Below, piece by piece: positions 44,668 to 57,468 of a stretch of 57,468 bases of DNA (its first letter is position 1; every line of letters starts with the position of its first letter). A model generated the notes under the pieces. That model did not search any database. It was not told the DNA's origin and saw nothing but the letters and a program-made list of their open reading frames with translations. Source of the DNA: Catajapyx aquilonaris (lineage: Eukaryota); contig JYFJ02002402.1 in NCBI GenBank assembly GCA_000934665.2, positions 1-57,468 on the forward strand, in the 5' to 3' direction. A program made the position numbers and the translations under genes.

Positions 44668-47600
44668 TCATACCCCGTTATCAGCCATCGGCTCTTTAGG
44701 GGGGAAGTTTGTTTTGACTGGAACTCTTTGCTTTCATTTTACTGTGCTCTTTGGGATAGGATAGGGACGGAAGGAAGCGGCTGTGGCCTATTAATTACGG
44801 AAGCAACTCCGGAATTTTCCTGGAAGGACCGTGGGAAACCACAGAAAACCACGGTCAGAGTTGCCGGCCTCGGGATTCGAACCCAGAACCTCCCGATTAG
44901 CAGTCGGACGCCTTATCCACTATGCCAACCTGCTTCGGTCGCACAACTGCAATATACTACTCAAGAATGAAAATCTACCTCTGTCAAACTCCGGGGGCTC
45001 CTGACTTCTCCTCCGAAGGTCAGACCCACCGCTACCAGTGGATACTTCGCTGGCCTCCCTCTCGCGCTCACGATCTTCCTGCTGTTGTAGGTAAGAAAAG
45101 TGTGTTGGAAACCTTTTTCCACAGAGCAACAATTTGGTTTCAATGCTTTTCCAATCAACTGTGATCTTCTGCCTAATAATATGCATACTTTGCTCACATT
45201 GAAAGTAAAGTAGCCCATACCTTTTGAATTAATCTTTCCTCGGCTCTGAGCATCTTCTCCTCCCTTAGCCTCTGCCTCTCCTCACGTTTCTCCTTCAATC
45301 TCTTCTCCGCGGCCTCCTCCTTCTTTGATTTGGCATCCGAGTCTCCATTTCCTCCTCCGCCTCCTCTGGTCAGACTGATCCTTTCTTTCTCCAGCTTGTC
45401 TTTTGTGCTAAAAGTTAAGAGTAGATTACATTGCATGGTAAGATGACTTGAAAAAAAAAAAACGAAGTTGGCGTAATCATGAGCAGTTACTTCGCAACGG
45501 GGAATACAACTGTGATAACAATCTCATTCAGTTGGGCTCAGGTACAATGATGAATCCGAAAAGCTCGGCACAAGAACAAAGGGTACGTGAAAAATTAATA
45601 CACCCTTTCTACAGTTTGCTGCCCTACCCTATTCGTATGCAATAACAGCAAGCACTCAAGCACATGCAATTAGCAAAGCCAACAGAAAAATAACAGCAAG
45701 AATCAGCAAGACATGAATATTCAGTCAATAAATGCATGCAACACTCATGCCAAGTTTCTAAAATAACACACTACACTAATTCACTAACAAACTCCCTGGA
45801 ACCTTAACTACCATTGCTCGTATCTCAGGAGTATGTAATATTAATAATGTACATAGGAAACGTGAGTCTGTTAGTATGAGCATGCAATGAAGCGTGTGAT
45901 CCTGGAACTATGCTTACCTGACGTAATCACATTTTCAGCCTTAATGGCGTGTTTAGAGGTTGACTTTTCCGGCAACCTAAGAACGTTCTACCATTTAGGA
46001 CCGAAACTGCTCCTACACAGCAATACTTTGAAATAGCTCTGCAGACATCGCGAATGTTCCCTTCCTTCATTCTGCATGCAGACAGCAACTTTCACTGTCG
46101 GAAAGTTATTATACCATTGAGCACAATTTTAATGCTAATAATAGAGAAGATTACGATGAATAACTGACCTCATGAGTACTGGAATCTTCACCTTTTCCCT
46201 ACCCGATACCTATCATTCTGCTTTCCATTTAGGCCGTCCCATACTCTAACAAGGTGGTCCAGGTCTTTTTGGTGGCACGAAGGCAGTCTCAGCCAGAACT
46301 CACTAATATTGGCTTATGTGGATCTTGTCGGGTTCTCTTCCTTTTTCTGCCCCACTTGTGTGAGTGTGTGTAAAAATTAAGACGACAGACTACCAAAAGC
46401 CTTAGGAGCACTTTATACATGCCACAAAAATAATGAATTCTAACTTTTGGCCTCAACTCGAGTTCATCCAATGCTGAAACTGTCATGTGACAATTTCAAT
46501 GTTTTTCAAGCATTGCATCAATTTGTCACTTTGAGCTTCGAAGATGCTGCCAGCATATCTGGAGAAACATTGACAGCATGGGGCTTTTCTTGATAAAATG
46601 CTGTGACGTGCTGCATGATCACAATGCCTGGTCACCATTGTTTTACTGGCAGATGTGTTGAAACACTCATACATCATACTAGGACCTTCCTACACAGAAT
46701 TCTTGCCGTGTTGGATGCAGTCCCCTATGACTAACTTCAGATGTGGAGACCAAAACACCAAGAAACACATCCTGAACCTCTGATTGGCCATAATTGAATG
46801 TTTCATAAGCCGCATTCTTATGGGTGACCTTTGGCCAGGAAGTTTCCTGGTCATGCCCAGACACACATCTACTCTCCGATTCGCACAAGCCTGAACCTTT
46901 TCAGGTATATGCATATGCCAGAGGGGGTGAGCCGCCGCAAAATTATTCCCCGGTAACTCTGGTTTTCTCGACGAAACAGTGCTGGTACATGTAATTCGAA
47001 TGTCTAATTATCATAGGCAGCCCATGCGGGAGCTGCAGCGCTAAACAAACTGCACATTTTGTTGTGAGAAGCGGTATGGATATCCAAAAAAGGTTCCCTT
47101 ACGCGATTCGGAGAGTATTATCAGCCTGTAACTCAGACCTGCGTGAGCATGCAGGACTTTTGCGAGTGGAAGCCTCGAACGCTTCCCGAGTGAACTGACA
47201 CTTTTGATTTCTGGCTACATCACCACCATTGTTGTCACCATCACCCGCATGACCATGCAACTGACCTGCAACTATACTCCACATGCAATACAAGTTTCTA
47301 TGATTGTATTCATGCAACAGCCAAAATGAGAATGGTGTGGATGATTGCACCTGCTACAAGCCTGTACCACTAGGACTACAAAACTACGTGTCTTGACTGA
47401 AGTGAAAGGATGTCACAACCCAAAACCAGGAAAGGAGAGGCTAGCTTGCAACCTGAAGCAACGGTTTTTTCCTGTTCAAATTTTAAATGATTCTGTCGGA
47501 CTGCTTCACACGTGACTTGACGTTTATTAAATCTTCACGATTTTGAGACCATGAGCATTGCGGACTGTGTGCGGTGCAATTTGAAAGCCCACTACTTTAT

Positions 47601-50600
47601 TCTTGGGCCTCCCAATTTCACAGTGCACAGGAAAAGCCAATTGGGAACACACATGGTTTATTAGCATGTAATACTCAGCACAGCAATATAAAATGTCACA
47701 AGTAACAAAAAATCAACCAAATATAAAATGTTAGGACGCAAATTCAGCCAGTATACTGAAATTTAAAAACAAAGCCAAATGAAGAGCAACCAAAAAGACT
47801 TAGTCACAAGCTTTCAGGGAGCCGATTGTAAACGAACTGATTGTAAAGGTATCCAGTTTCCACCCACCTGCTGACTTCTCTGATCTTGACTCCATCCACG
47901 ACTGTCGAGCCTCCAGATTTCACACTGGATTCCGTCCCCCCGGCCCCCCTGCCTGACCCCACTGCCGGACTGTTGCTTGTGCTTCCATTTTTCTTCTCCT
48001 TGTCCTTTGCCTCACTCTTGTCCTTATCAGCATCCTTGCCTGAAAAGGGGGGGAAAAACATTTTGCAGTATAGTGCAGGGATCATAACTGCCTAACTAAA
48101 CTGTCTCTTCATGAAAAAACGGAGAGGATGTTTACATATAACAACACTCACCGCTCGCATGATTAAGCCCCAAGCTTCCAGAACCAGGCGTAACTTCCAG
48201 CTTGACGTTGTTCAGGTCACCATTACTAAGCTTTGATCCTCCAGACGAGGCGTTGTTACCTCCCGCACCGTTTCCTCCGCTGGTGTTTCCCCCTCCTCCT
48301 CCAGCCTTCCGTGTCACGTGATGGAACTTGTCCTCAGGGATCATGGCAGCCTTTTTGTGCTTAAGTTGCCCGTTGTATGAGGTGGCCAGGACGTACAAGT
48401 CTTGCCGCTTGTCCTTCTCCTCTTGGCGCACCTTCTCAATGCGCTTTTCGAGAACCTGGCCTAGGCTGCTGATCACAGGGAAGTGGGGCAGGATCTTGAT
48501 CAGGATGGCGATTGAGTTGCGTATCTGCACGTAGTCCTTCGACTCGAGGCACACAACAAGGGCCTGGGAAGCACAAACAGTAAACTCACGTTAGTTTTTA
48601 CAATTAATTCAAGTGACAATAAATTAGCTGTCACAGGATGAGTGACTGGGTGACAAATATAGCGCTATCTTAGGTGACTAATTAAAGTGCAAATTAAAGT
48701 ACTGTGACATATGACAAAATCTTACCTTGGCAATTTTGTAGTGCCATTTGTGACACACATGGCGGTAGTTCTCGTAGTCAACATGGTCGTTAGCTTCTGA
48801 TGCCTGGTTGCTCACACGGAACTTGGTCACAAAACCAGGGTAGTTGGCACATTCCTAACGTAAAAGATGAAGAGTCTGAAGTTACCCCATATTCCACCAG
48901 TAGATACTCACATTCATCAAGTTACGCACTTGTTTCCTAACACACTTTAAAGCACAGTACAGTGACAAACTGATGACCATAACTACAAAATGTCAAAGCA
49001 ATTATCTGACGCAACTGACCTTCTCAAAGATGGCTTTGTCAGAATGCCACCTCATTACCGTCTCCAGCATAGCACAAAGGAACCTTCCGTACCGGTTGGC
49101 CTCATTCTCCGTGCATGATGTCACAGTGTAGGTAATGTCACAAAATATCTGAGAAGAGAGCAAACAGTTACGTAATGCTGTATAAAGGATAGAACAACCA
49201 GATCAACTCACCCTGTCATAGCAGATGAGAGTGGAAAAGTTTGGAGTCTTGAGTGAATGGACGGTGTGCACAAACTTTGCACAATAGACAGCGTCAGTGG
49301 CCGTAAAGATGCACCGTGGGAAGAGGCACAGCTGCAGAAACTGCGTGACCGTCTCGTTTTTGGCCGACTTCGCAGAACGAGAGAGGAACCAGGAAGAACG
49401 CTCTTGTCTGAGACGGGCCATCACTCGCTCCACATGTTCACGCTGCTTACGCTCCTCCTCCTGCAACTTCTCCATGAGGGCCTGGCATCGTTCCTGTTCT
49501 CGCTTCCTCTTACTCGCAACCTGCTCAGCAATTAGACACACACATCATGACATAGGGTTAGGCAAGAGAGCTATTTTAAAAAAGCGAGATATTTGGGCAA
49601 AAAAAAGGACCAATAAGCACCTTATCACTTTCTACTTGCAAACTTATGGAGATTTTAAAAGTCAATAGCCTCACCAAGTCCTTATTCTCAGCCACTTGCA
49701 GAGACGCATGTTTTATCCTCTGCACCTCCTTGGTGTAGGCATCGGAGGGAACCCCCAGGTCGTACATGGTTAATGCCCAAAAGGTGACGTAGAACTGCGG
49801 GGAGATGTCCTCCCAGATCTTGGGCGGATGGAGTGGCCTCACAGATTCCACCACAGGCGTCATCACTTGCTCAACTGCTTCCACGTACTTGTGCTGCTTC
49901 TGCGCCGAAGTCATGCTCTTGTGGCCTTTGTCCGCACGACGAAGCTCGTCAAACTTGGACTGGAAGGAAATCAAGCGACGATTTCAAGAGCTGCTCAATT
50001 CCAATGTGTCGTAGCATAAGTAGTAGGATAAAAGCCTAATTTTACAAATATTCAATATAATGCAATGCTTCAAGATACTGCTAGAGAATACTCACGTTGA
50101 TGGAATTGGTGAACATGGGGCGAGCTAGGAAGAATGCAACATCCGCATGGATGAAGTAATCTGACAGAAGCTCACTGACTGGAGGAACTCGGCGGGAGTA
50201 GTCATCCATGCCCCAGTTGTTGGCCAGGAAGGTTCCAAATTGAACCAGCGCATCTTGGCACTATCAAATGTAAAATGTCATCTCAATATTCTTAATTACA
50301 AGATTGATCAAAAGTACAATAAAAGTGTATTTAATGGAAACACGAAGTCTGATGAGACATTACATTTGCTCCGGCCTCTTAGCAGGATGTACCCTACGAA
50401 AGACCCAACCTCGGTTTATGTAATTCCTGTGCACCTGCCAAGGTCAAACCTGTACTCACACCACTAACCAAGACTATTGATTTTCTCTGCTCTCACTTCT
50501 GCAAGACGTCTTTTTAGACTGTAGCCATTAGTTTCTTATATGTCCTTATTTCTTGCCTTTGGAGGCCTCGACTTACAACAAAGTACCACCCCTGCATAAT

Positions 50601-53600
50601 TATCAAGCAATAAGGAGAATCAAAACTTTGACCTTTATTAATTCAATATCGTCCAGATGACCCCCTTACTGAACGGTCAAACCATAAATTATGATGGTTT
50701 CAAACTCACCTGGTCGTAGAGCTTCCCAACAAGCTTGAGATGGCTGCTTTCAGTCTCTTGATACACAACACAGTTCCTCTGCTGGGCCGTGAGTAGGCAG
50801 AGGGCGAGAGCCAAGTCATTCTCCGCCAGAGCGTCCTTTAGACGCTGGGAGGATTTCTTGGTATTGCGCACCTGGCTGAAGTAGCCCGCCTAGAAAGTAA
50901 TTACGTAAACTGTCATGAAATTGCATTGTGACACATTTCACCGAAAGCTTAGTTGTTTCACGGCCAATACAAGTAAACATTCTCACAGTCACGACAACTG
51001 ACCTCTGACTTTAGGAGCTCTCCACCAGCCATGGCCTCAAGCTGGTCGGCCGTCATCTCCTCGGCGGCCTCGATTCCAGCCATCTTCTGCACTATCTCCT
51101 TGAGTATCAGAAGGTCAAGGCTCTTCTTTGCTCGCAGCTGGTTGGCCACATACTGAAGCAGCCCAGTAAGCTCAATGTTGTATTTCTTGAAAACAGCTCC
51201 GCAGAAGGCAGAGAGGGACTGGAGCCAGAGTGAGATGGTAGTTCCATCGTGCTTGGTTCTTTCCTTGTCAGGATGGGCCAAAGCCTCTACCACACAAAAT
51301 GCCAGAACATCATATGACAATGAGGTCAGGTACTTCAGGGAGTCCACCACGGGTGAGATCAAATTGTCATACAGCTGCACCTGAGACAATATCTAAAAGA
51401 AAAAGAAAAATGGCATGTCAATTTGTGTCCGTATGATTACGTGAAGTGGTATGTTCGTTATTGCTTGAACTCATACAATTTCTTAAAAATGAACTTATGC
51501 CAATAATGGTTAAGTTGTACTTCATTGCACAGCTTTTTTCGCCGCTGCCATATAAAAATTGCTCCTGTACCTCCAACACTATATTTTAATTCCAAAAAAA
51601 TACCAGTCGCAATCAAAGGCTAAAAATTTTTTTTTGATTGCCAAAAGAGTAATTACTAAACATTCGTGCAACACTGCCAACTCACATAGTCAAAAAGCGT
51701 CCCTGGAGAGCTGTGAGTAAGCTTCCCTATGAGCCTCCCAATGGGCTTGACGTTTTCCTTGCTGACACGCTTCATTAGAAACTTGATCCTCTTGGAGGCA
51801 TCAGCCTTCTTTCTGGTTAGGCGCGGATGAGGCTGCCACCCCTCGTTTTTCCAGCGCCCATACAGGTGATACCTGTGCTGATACGGGTACAAGCGAAGCA
51901 CTTGCCAGACCTCCTCCGCTGCACAACAGTTTGCGTCCATCAGGGATAGGGAGGGAAGCACCGTTTCATCCAGAAGGGTCAGCACGTTGTAGGACATTTC
52001 AGGTGGTCCTTCCTTGATGACTGCCTTGCACAGACGAAGTACCTGCCAACACCATTTCGTAAGCACCATGGCAATAACCATTCAGGCAACCAGTAATGCT
52101 CGAAGTACAAAGACACTCATAAACCTTACCTTGTAAAACAGGATTGGATCCTGGTGCAGGTGTGGCCCAAGGGCTAGTAGCATCGGAAATGCATCATCTT
52201 TGAGAGACTCCAGCGTTTCTGCTGCCTTTGGTGCAAGGGGACTGCTTGGTGGGGTGACTACGTGGCCCTTAAGCCTCTGTGAGAGCCCACTGTTCTTTCG
52301 GTAAACCCTCTCGATGACAGCGTGCACCAGGTGGCAGAGGGCTCGCGAAATGGGTGGGTGGGAGACCGCGAAAAAGTCAGGAAGGCGCGCCGTCAGTGCA
52401 CGGGCATTCTTCCAGTCTCCGATCCAGAGGAGGGCTTCACACATGCCCAACTTCTGGTTCTGCCTGTAACGCTCAAGGGGCGTTTCACCACTACCATCTG
52501 CAGCCGCGGCAGAGGAAGATGAGGAGACGGTTGAGGAAGCATTCACTCCATTGTTGCCAGAATCTTTGGTGGACACTACATTGACTCGGCGGGCATACTC
52601 GCGAGCCTCCTTCAGGTCCTTATCTGCTTCACGCTGGATAGCCTTGTCATCAGGAACCAGCTGTAAAAGCCAAGATTGGAAATTTGAAGAAGTCGACTAA
52701 TCAGTCTGGTAATGATGTAATAATGGAAACTTGTATCTTAACAGAGCCTTTAAAGCAGACGCAGAATCTGCAGTTTGATTTTCTGAGTCTTTGTTCTAGA
52801 AAAATTGATCTGGTAAACAGATTGCGCACTCATACATGCTAAAGCATTTCCCATACAAAAGTACCTTTCCATTGCAAGAGCCTACATGGACTGCACCAAA
52901 ATACACAATGACCTAATTTTGAAGGGCCAAACATTTGCAGGGCAGACTATGCTAATGTAAATACACTGTGATGTGGGATAGGATCCCTTCCAAGTTTATT
53001 CATGACTATTGTTAATGACCCCCCATTTTGGACACTACTCAGTTAACATTTATAAATGATCAGGTAAAAAAAAAATGGATCAAAATTACTCCTGCTGGTA
53101 TGTACCGGACTGCAGTTTACTTGAATTGGTTTTCCAATTATCTGCAACACATCTGCTGGTTACGTAATTCTAACCAGCCAAGTACGGGCACCGAGATTGA
53201 CCGTTTTGGAAATGTATGCCCAAAAAGTTTCTGCAGTCAGCTGGCCTGCCATAGAATAAGCCAACCAACTGACTCTAATCTCAGAAGGCACTCTATACCA
53301 TCGTACTCCAACATGTAACGTGCACTTAGGGGATCCAACATCGCATGATGGAACAGGTGCTTTATGTGTCACTTTTGTCCTGCAGCATTACTTATTCACT
53401 TTCAAAACCCATTGCTCTCTTGCCATGTAGAGGATCAATCAGGATCAATAGCAGCAATGCCAGGGCTGGCATTGTATGATGCTCTAGACCGCATCAATAC
53501 ATTGAACATCGGCGAATCAACAGTGCAGAAATAAACTATTTCTCTTTCACCAATCAACTTATTCATTCTCCTGTTTCCGATGCTTTTCAAATTCTTAGGT

Positions 53601-55182
53601 ACTAACCCTCGACACACATTATCGAGAAATGCTCATTAAAAGCCTACTCACCCATCCATAAATGTCATCCAATCCAATGACTCCATTTTGCAGCAAAAGG
53701 GCAGCAGTGGTGTAGAGAGAAGAAGGGGTTGGAGTTGTTCCATCTCTGTGCAAGCTGAATTTGAATCCAAGCACTTCGCAGAGAGTGTGAGGGTCTGGCA
53801 TGTACGCTCTCAGAAGAGGGACGAAGAATGGGTGGCGCTCTGGGTGGCACTCGAATGATTCGAGGACAACATCCAACACCCGATTCGGGTCCAGGTTGAA
53901 GCAGCCTGGAAATAAAAATAAATAAATTATGTAGATTTACACAGCACGCCATTGCACTGGCATTTGGGTCGTATATCAAATCAATCATTTAATTAAGCCA
54001 AACAAATTAATGACATGTTGGTTTTTCTTATGATATATGCATTGGCAATACATTTTAAGTGAAATGGTGACACAAGGACAATAAATTTCCAACTTTCCAG
54101 GACGAGGGAATTAAGTTTTGATCACAGACCCTTCCGATCAGATATGACAGGTCGTGATTTGGCATTTTATCTGATCATTCACGTCTGTAATCACCACACA
54201 AAAGGCATCAATAATTCATGCAGTTTCCCTAGACTGCCCTTTGTTGCACGTACGACCGAATGTATTCTGAAACTTATTACAACACATGCATGGCCAAATT
54301 GAAAACTATTCTTACCGATAAGCGACTTGATGACTTCCAGAATGTGGTTTGGCCCCAGGGCTGGATCAGGATCCTGGTTAAGTTCTGCGACCAGTTTGGC
54401 ATATCCTTCGCTCTCCTCCCTGAAGAGGTTGAACTTTTGCTGCTTGTAAAACAGCTTGGTCTTCACCTTTATGAACTTTGTGTGAAAAGACTTCTTGTTC
54501 TTCAGAATTCCGACATCCTGAAGGAAGTCAATCTCGAGCCTCTCCTTCAGCAGGGGTTCTGAAAGATACTGCAAAAGCAAGGGCAAAAAACGACACGAAT
54601 AAATGTCACGGGAATTATTTTTAAATAAATTAGCAACGTATGCGCTAATAAAAGTGGCCGACACATTCAGATCGAAAATTTGGTACCACATATCATACGC
54701 TACTCATGAAAACTTCATGTACACGCAGTGGAATAAGTACAATTTCATACCTTTTCTGCCTCCTTCACTATGGAGCAAAATCTCTCCCGATCTTCAGTTC
54801 TTGACTCGTTGCAGAGAGTCTCTGTATCCACCACGTTAATCACATCTACGATGATGGACGGCAAATCATGATGCATGGCCTGAAGTAAAACTCATGTAAG
54901 CAACCAGGTCAAGAAAATGATATCTTTTGAAACGGAGGCTGCCTTACCGACAACTCGCCCATGGCATTTGCAGTTGATTCTCGCCTCAAAGGTCCTTTGA
55001 TCCCATGCCATATGAGCTCATAGACAACTCTTGTCAATGCTGCGAAGAGGAGGAATTGCGTATTAATAACTGCCAGGCGCGGTGTTGTTAGATTTTCCTT
55101 ATACACACCTTTTCCTTTACTGGACGAGGCCAAAATTGGACTGACATCACTTCCGTCAACCAAGAGGTGACATTGCTTCATG
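41486..55182 (-). CDS. THOC2: THO complex subunit 2 (TREX mRNA export), 5' end unresolved; exons 55182-55109, 55039-54948, 54879-54751, 54568-54316, 53905-53652, 52660-52130, 52042-51686, 51392-51003, 50889-50710, 50260-50096, 49959-49675, 49520-49212, 49148-49020, 48854-48726, 48563-48152, 48039-47868, 45407-45221, 45081-44979, 44540-44500, 42629-42462, 42130-42070, 41954-41878, 41687-41599, 41525-41486
   Basis: Diagnostic THOC2 sequences [102 protein letters not shown] and [12 protein letters not shown], followed by a K/R/E-rich tail. All 24 exons are in consistent phase (~1540 aa). Confidence 0.96.
41526..41598 (-). other. U12-type (minor spliceosome) AT-AC intron, 73 nt, last coding intron of THOC2
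   Basis: Minus-strand donor ATATCCTTTT at 41598, branch site TTCCTTGAC at 41546-41538 with the branch A 13 nt from the end, and acceptor ...TATCAC at 41526. Splicing gives ...[16 protein letters not shown]. Confidence 0.93.
44618..44941 (-). mobile_element. Full-length tRNA-derived SINE with an (ATT)n tail in a THOC2 intron
   Basis: A-box TGGCATAGTGG (44927-44917), anticodon-like loop CTGCTAA, B-box GGTTCGAATCC (44883-44873), ~17 ATT units, and a perfect 15-bp TSD CACAACTGCAATATA (44603-44617, 44942-44956). Confidence 0.92.
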
Positions 55183-55497
55183 CTGCAAAAAATAACAAAG
55201 ACATTGAGACAAGAGACTTGGAATTCTTCTCACGTAGGCTACAATTAGGTGTACTACATTGCTCAAAAAGATACGTCTGTGTCTCGTAGTTGATTTTGCA
55301 TTGAAACCAAATGCAAAATCGTCTTCATATTTTTGACCAATGTAGTACATTATATGTCTCAACTAGCGGCTGTATAAAATGTAGGTACAAATGTAGGCGA
55401 AGATGCCATGTGTTCCTGATCCAACATCTGCCATGCTATCCCTTCCCCTCCTTCCCAACTCTGTGATCATATGACAGTCCTCTCAAGTTAATGTACA

Positions 55498-55624
55498 GTG
55501 GTGGAAATTAATGGATATCCACAAGTATCACTGCCTGGGAGAGCTTTTCCTTTGCTTCATACGGCTTCATGTAAAGGAAAAGAACAGGCAGTAATACTTG
55601 CGGATATCCATTAATTTCCGCCGC
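55498..55624. repeat. ~127-bp hairpin (MITE-like) in a THOC2 5' intron
   Basis: GTGGTGGAAATTAATGGATATCCACAAGTATCACTGCCTG pairs with CAGGCAGTAATACTTGCGGATATCCATTAATTTCCGCCGC. Confidence 0.8.
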
Positions 55625-57468
55625 AGCCCACGGTTATGTGAAACGACAAGGTTTGGAGAAAGTCACTGTGGCAGTTCCTTCATTACTGTTGTCTACTCTT
55701 TCAATGAGGGTCAAGGCATGTTGTAATTTATTGAAAAACCGAAGACTTCACATGATCATCTGACTAGGTCATGTTATAGTTCTCTCATTCATAAATTTTT
55801 TCTTCCACCCATCGGTTGGCCTTGACTCCTTTTAGTTTATGCATGGCATACTCTCCCTCCCTTCCTCCCCCACAAAACGGAACATTTCCAAGGAGCCCCA
55901 TATTGAACCTGTGGAGCATTACAAGGGAATTGAAAGGCCTGATTCCTAAGATTCCTTTTATTAGCCACGTGTGTCTGTGTCTCTTCATCAGTCTCACATT
56001 GGATTTCTGGTACACTAACCATCCTGGGGGAACTCATGAAAAGGCCGGCTTTGACACATCTAGTCACCCTCCCAGGTTTGTAGTAGCAGGAGATTACGAA
56101 TAAGGTTCATCTGTTTGCACACATTCGGCCCGTTCGGGGGTGCGGTAAAAGTATTCGATCGAAAAAGAGGCTGGAAACGGAATTCGGGTGGCGGTGCAAC
56201 ACTTTCTGAACTATCCGGCTGGATTTGTTCTACTTTCCGGGCGGAAAGATCTTTTCGAGAGCAGGTGTAACCCGCCACTAGCGAATCAAGTTGAGGCAAT
56301 GACGCTGGAATGATACACCATCAGATACACTTCTTGTAAAACTGTACACATGTTCTGGTAGCCAGTATAAAACTCAAAGACTATGAAGCTCAAGATGTGT
56401 GCACAAAAAAGGTGACTAACTTTCTGGCACCGACTCAAGCATTATAAAACCATTTGAACAAATCAATCACAAAGTACATGGGACAGAAATAGTGCAACTG
56501 CCATGCCCCACATACATTGTAGTGGACATGCTGTCCTTTCTTCCCGCCTGCCAATCATCTACGACAGCCACGTACGGTAGTGCACATGATTGGCTCGGGA
56601 GGAAGAAAGGGGCAGTGCTTCTGCTACAATGTACAGTTAGATGAGGTATAATCTTGTTTGCAACAAGAATATTGTTCTCCCCAACAACATGCAAATAAAT
56701 CCTGTGTTATCAGCCTTACAATGGGATGCATAAAGATGTGGAGTGCAAGTTGGTTACAAGTTGTCGACATACTGATGGATCTATTTTGTACGCTTCGATG
56801 CAGCAGTTGCTGATAGACGATAACAATAATAATATGCAGCGAACTTGTGCCAGACATCTTGTTTTCACCCTTCGTGAACATATTTCCAGTGGTGCATGCG
56901 GGTGCATGCTGGCACACAAGGTCTCTGATGGGGAATTTTTAATGAATGCTGCCCAAGGCCACATTTACATATATGCAATTTAATTGCTGGGCAATGCAAG
57001 CTGCAGTGGTTATGACGTCTCTATACATGCGATTGCACTTGCATTGCCGTGGGTCGCCACAGTACTACCACCGAATAAATTACGGTGTGCTGCCACCTCA
57101 TTGGTCGATTAGTCAATGACTTCATGCATACAGAAAAGTGACATAACACAAGTCTACTTCAAACAGACCTGAGCTATTTCATCAGCTATGCTCTCGCTTC
57201 CAGAACGCGATTGATACTTTCGGCCCAAACAATTGGCGTCATTGCTTAGCCAAGTAGTAAATGCAGCATGATCATGACCATGGTTGTAGCCATAACTTTG
57301 CCTACATATTTTTTCACCGCATGTCAGCTGTACAACCTGCTGCGTAATATTTTCTCCCATCTCTTCCACAAAATTTCACGGTATCGCGCTTACCGCCGGC
57401 AAAAATCCTTATTCCCGAGACCCATGGCCTGTAGAGGCGCTGAAGTCGAATCCAAGATGGGCGACAAG

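Noticed and set aside
44865..44941. tRNA gene
   Set aside because: A/B boxes are present, but there is no proper acceptor stem and it continues into a SINE body with a tail and TSD.
57394..57468. THOC2 first coding exon (MGLGNKDFCR, donor CG|GTAAGC) or the start of a plus-strand gene (ATG GGC GAC AAG at 57457)
   Set aside because: The phase fits, but it lacks the expected W..WEKSG..EF N-terminus, and the window ends here, so this cannot be resolved.

Overview
Eukaryotic, intron-rich, arthropod/insect-like genomic DNA with no prokaryotic system. I reconstructed four protein-coding genes exon by exon with consistent intron phases. (1) Cyclin D (+, 2783-7590, 4 exons, 295 aa). (2) A 2268-aa MGA (MAX gene-associated)/Ocm-like gene (-, 23298-8785, 8 coding exons) with the cysteine-rich MGA domain and a C-terminal bHLH-leucine zipper but no T-box; a non-canonical GC-AG intron splits its bHLH. 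(3) A three-finger C2H2 zinc-finger gene (+, ~35926-38385). (4) THOC2 (-, 55182-41486, 24 coding exons seen, first exon not located), whose last intron is a 73-nt U12-type AT-AC minor-spliceosome intron; retaining it gives an open alternative, highly basic C-terminus. Introns and intergenic DNA are full of transposon relics: an RTE-like LINE with nested MITEs, hAT/Tc1/PIF/Kolobok-type MITEs, two tRNA-derived SINEs, degenerate transposases, a 70-bp minisatellite and (AAT)n tracts. The most interesting signals are regulatory: minor and GC-AG introns placed as possible isoform switches, an E-box cluster upstream of cyclin D beside a tail-to-tail bHLH-Zip gene, and a candidate poison exon in THOC2. 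Family assignments come from recalled motifs; no database searches were run.
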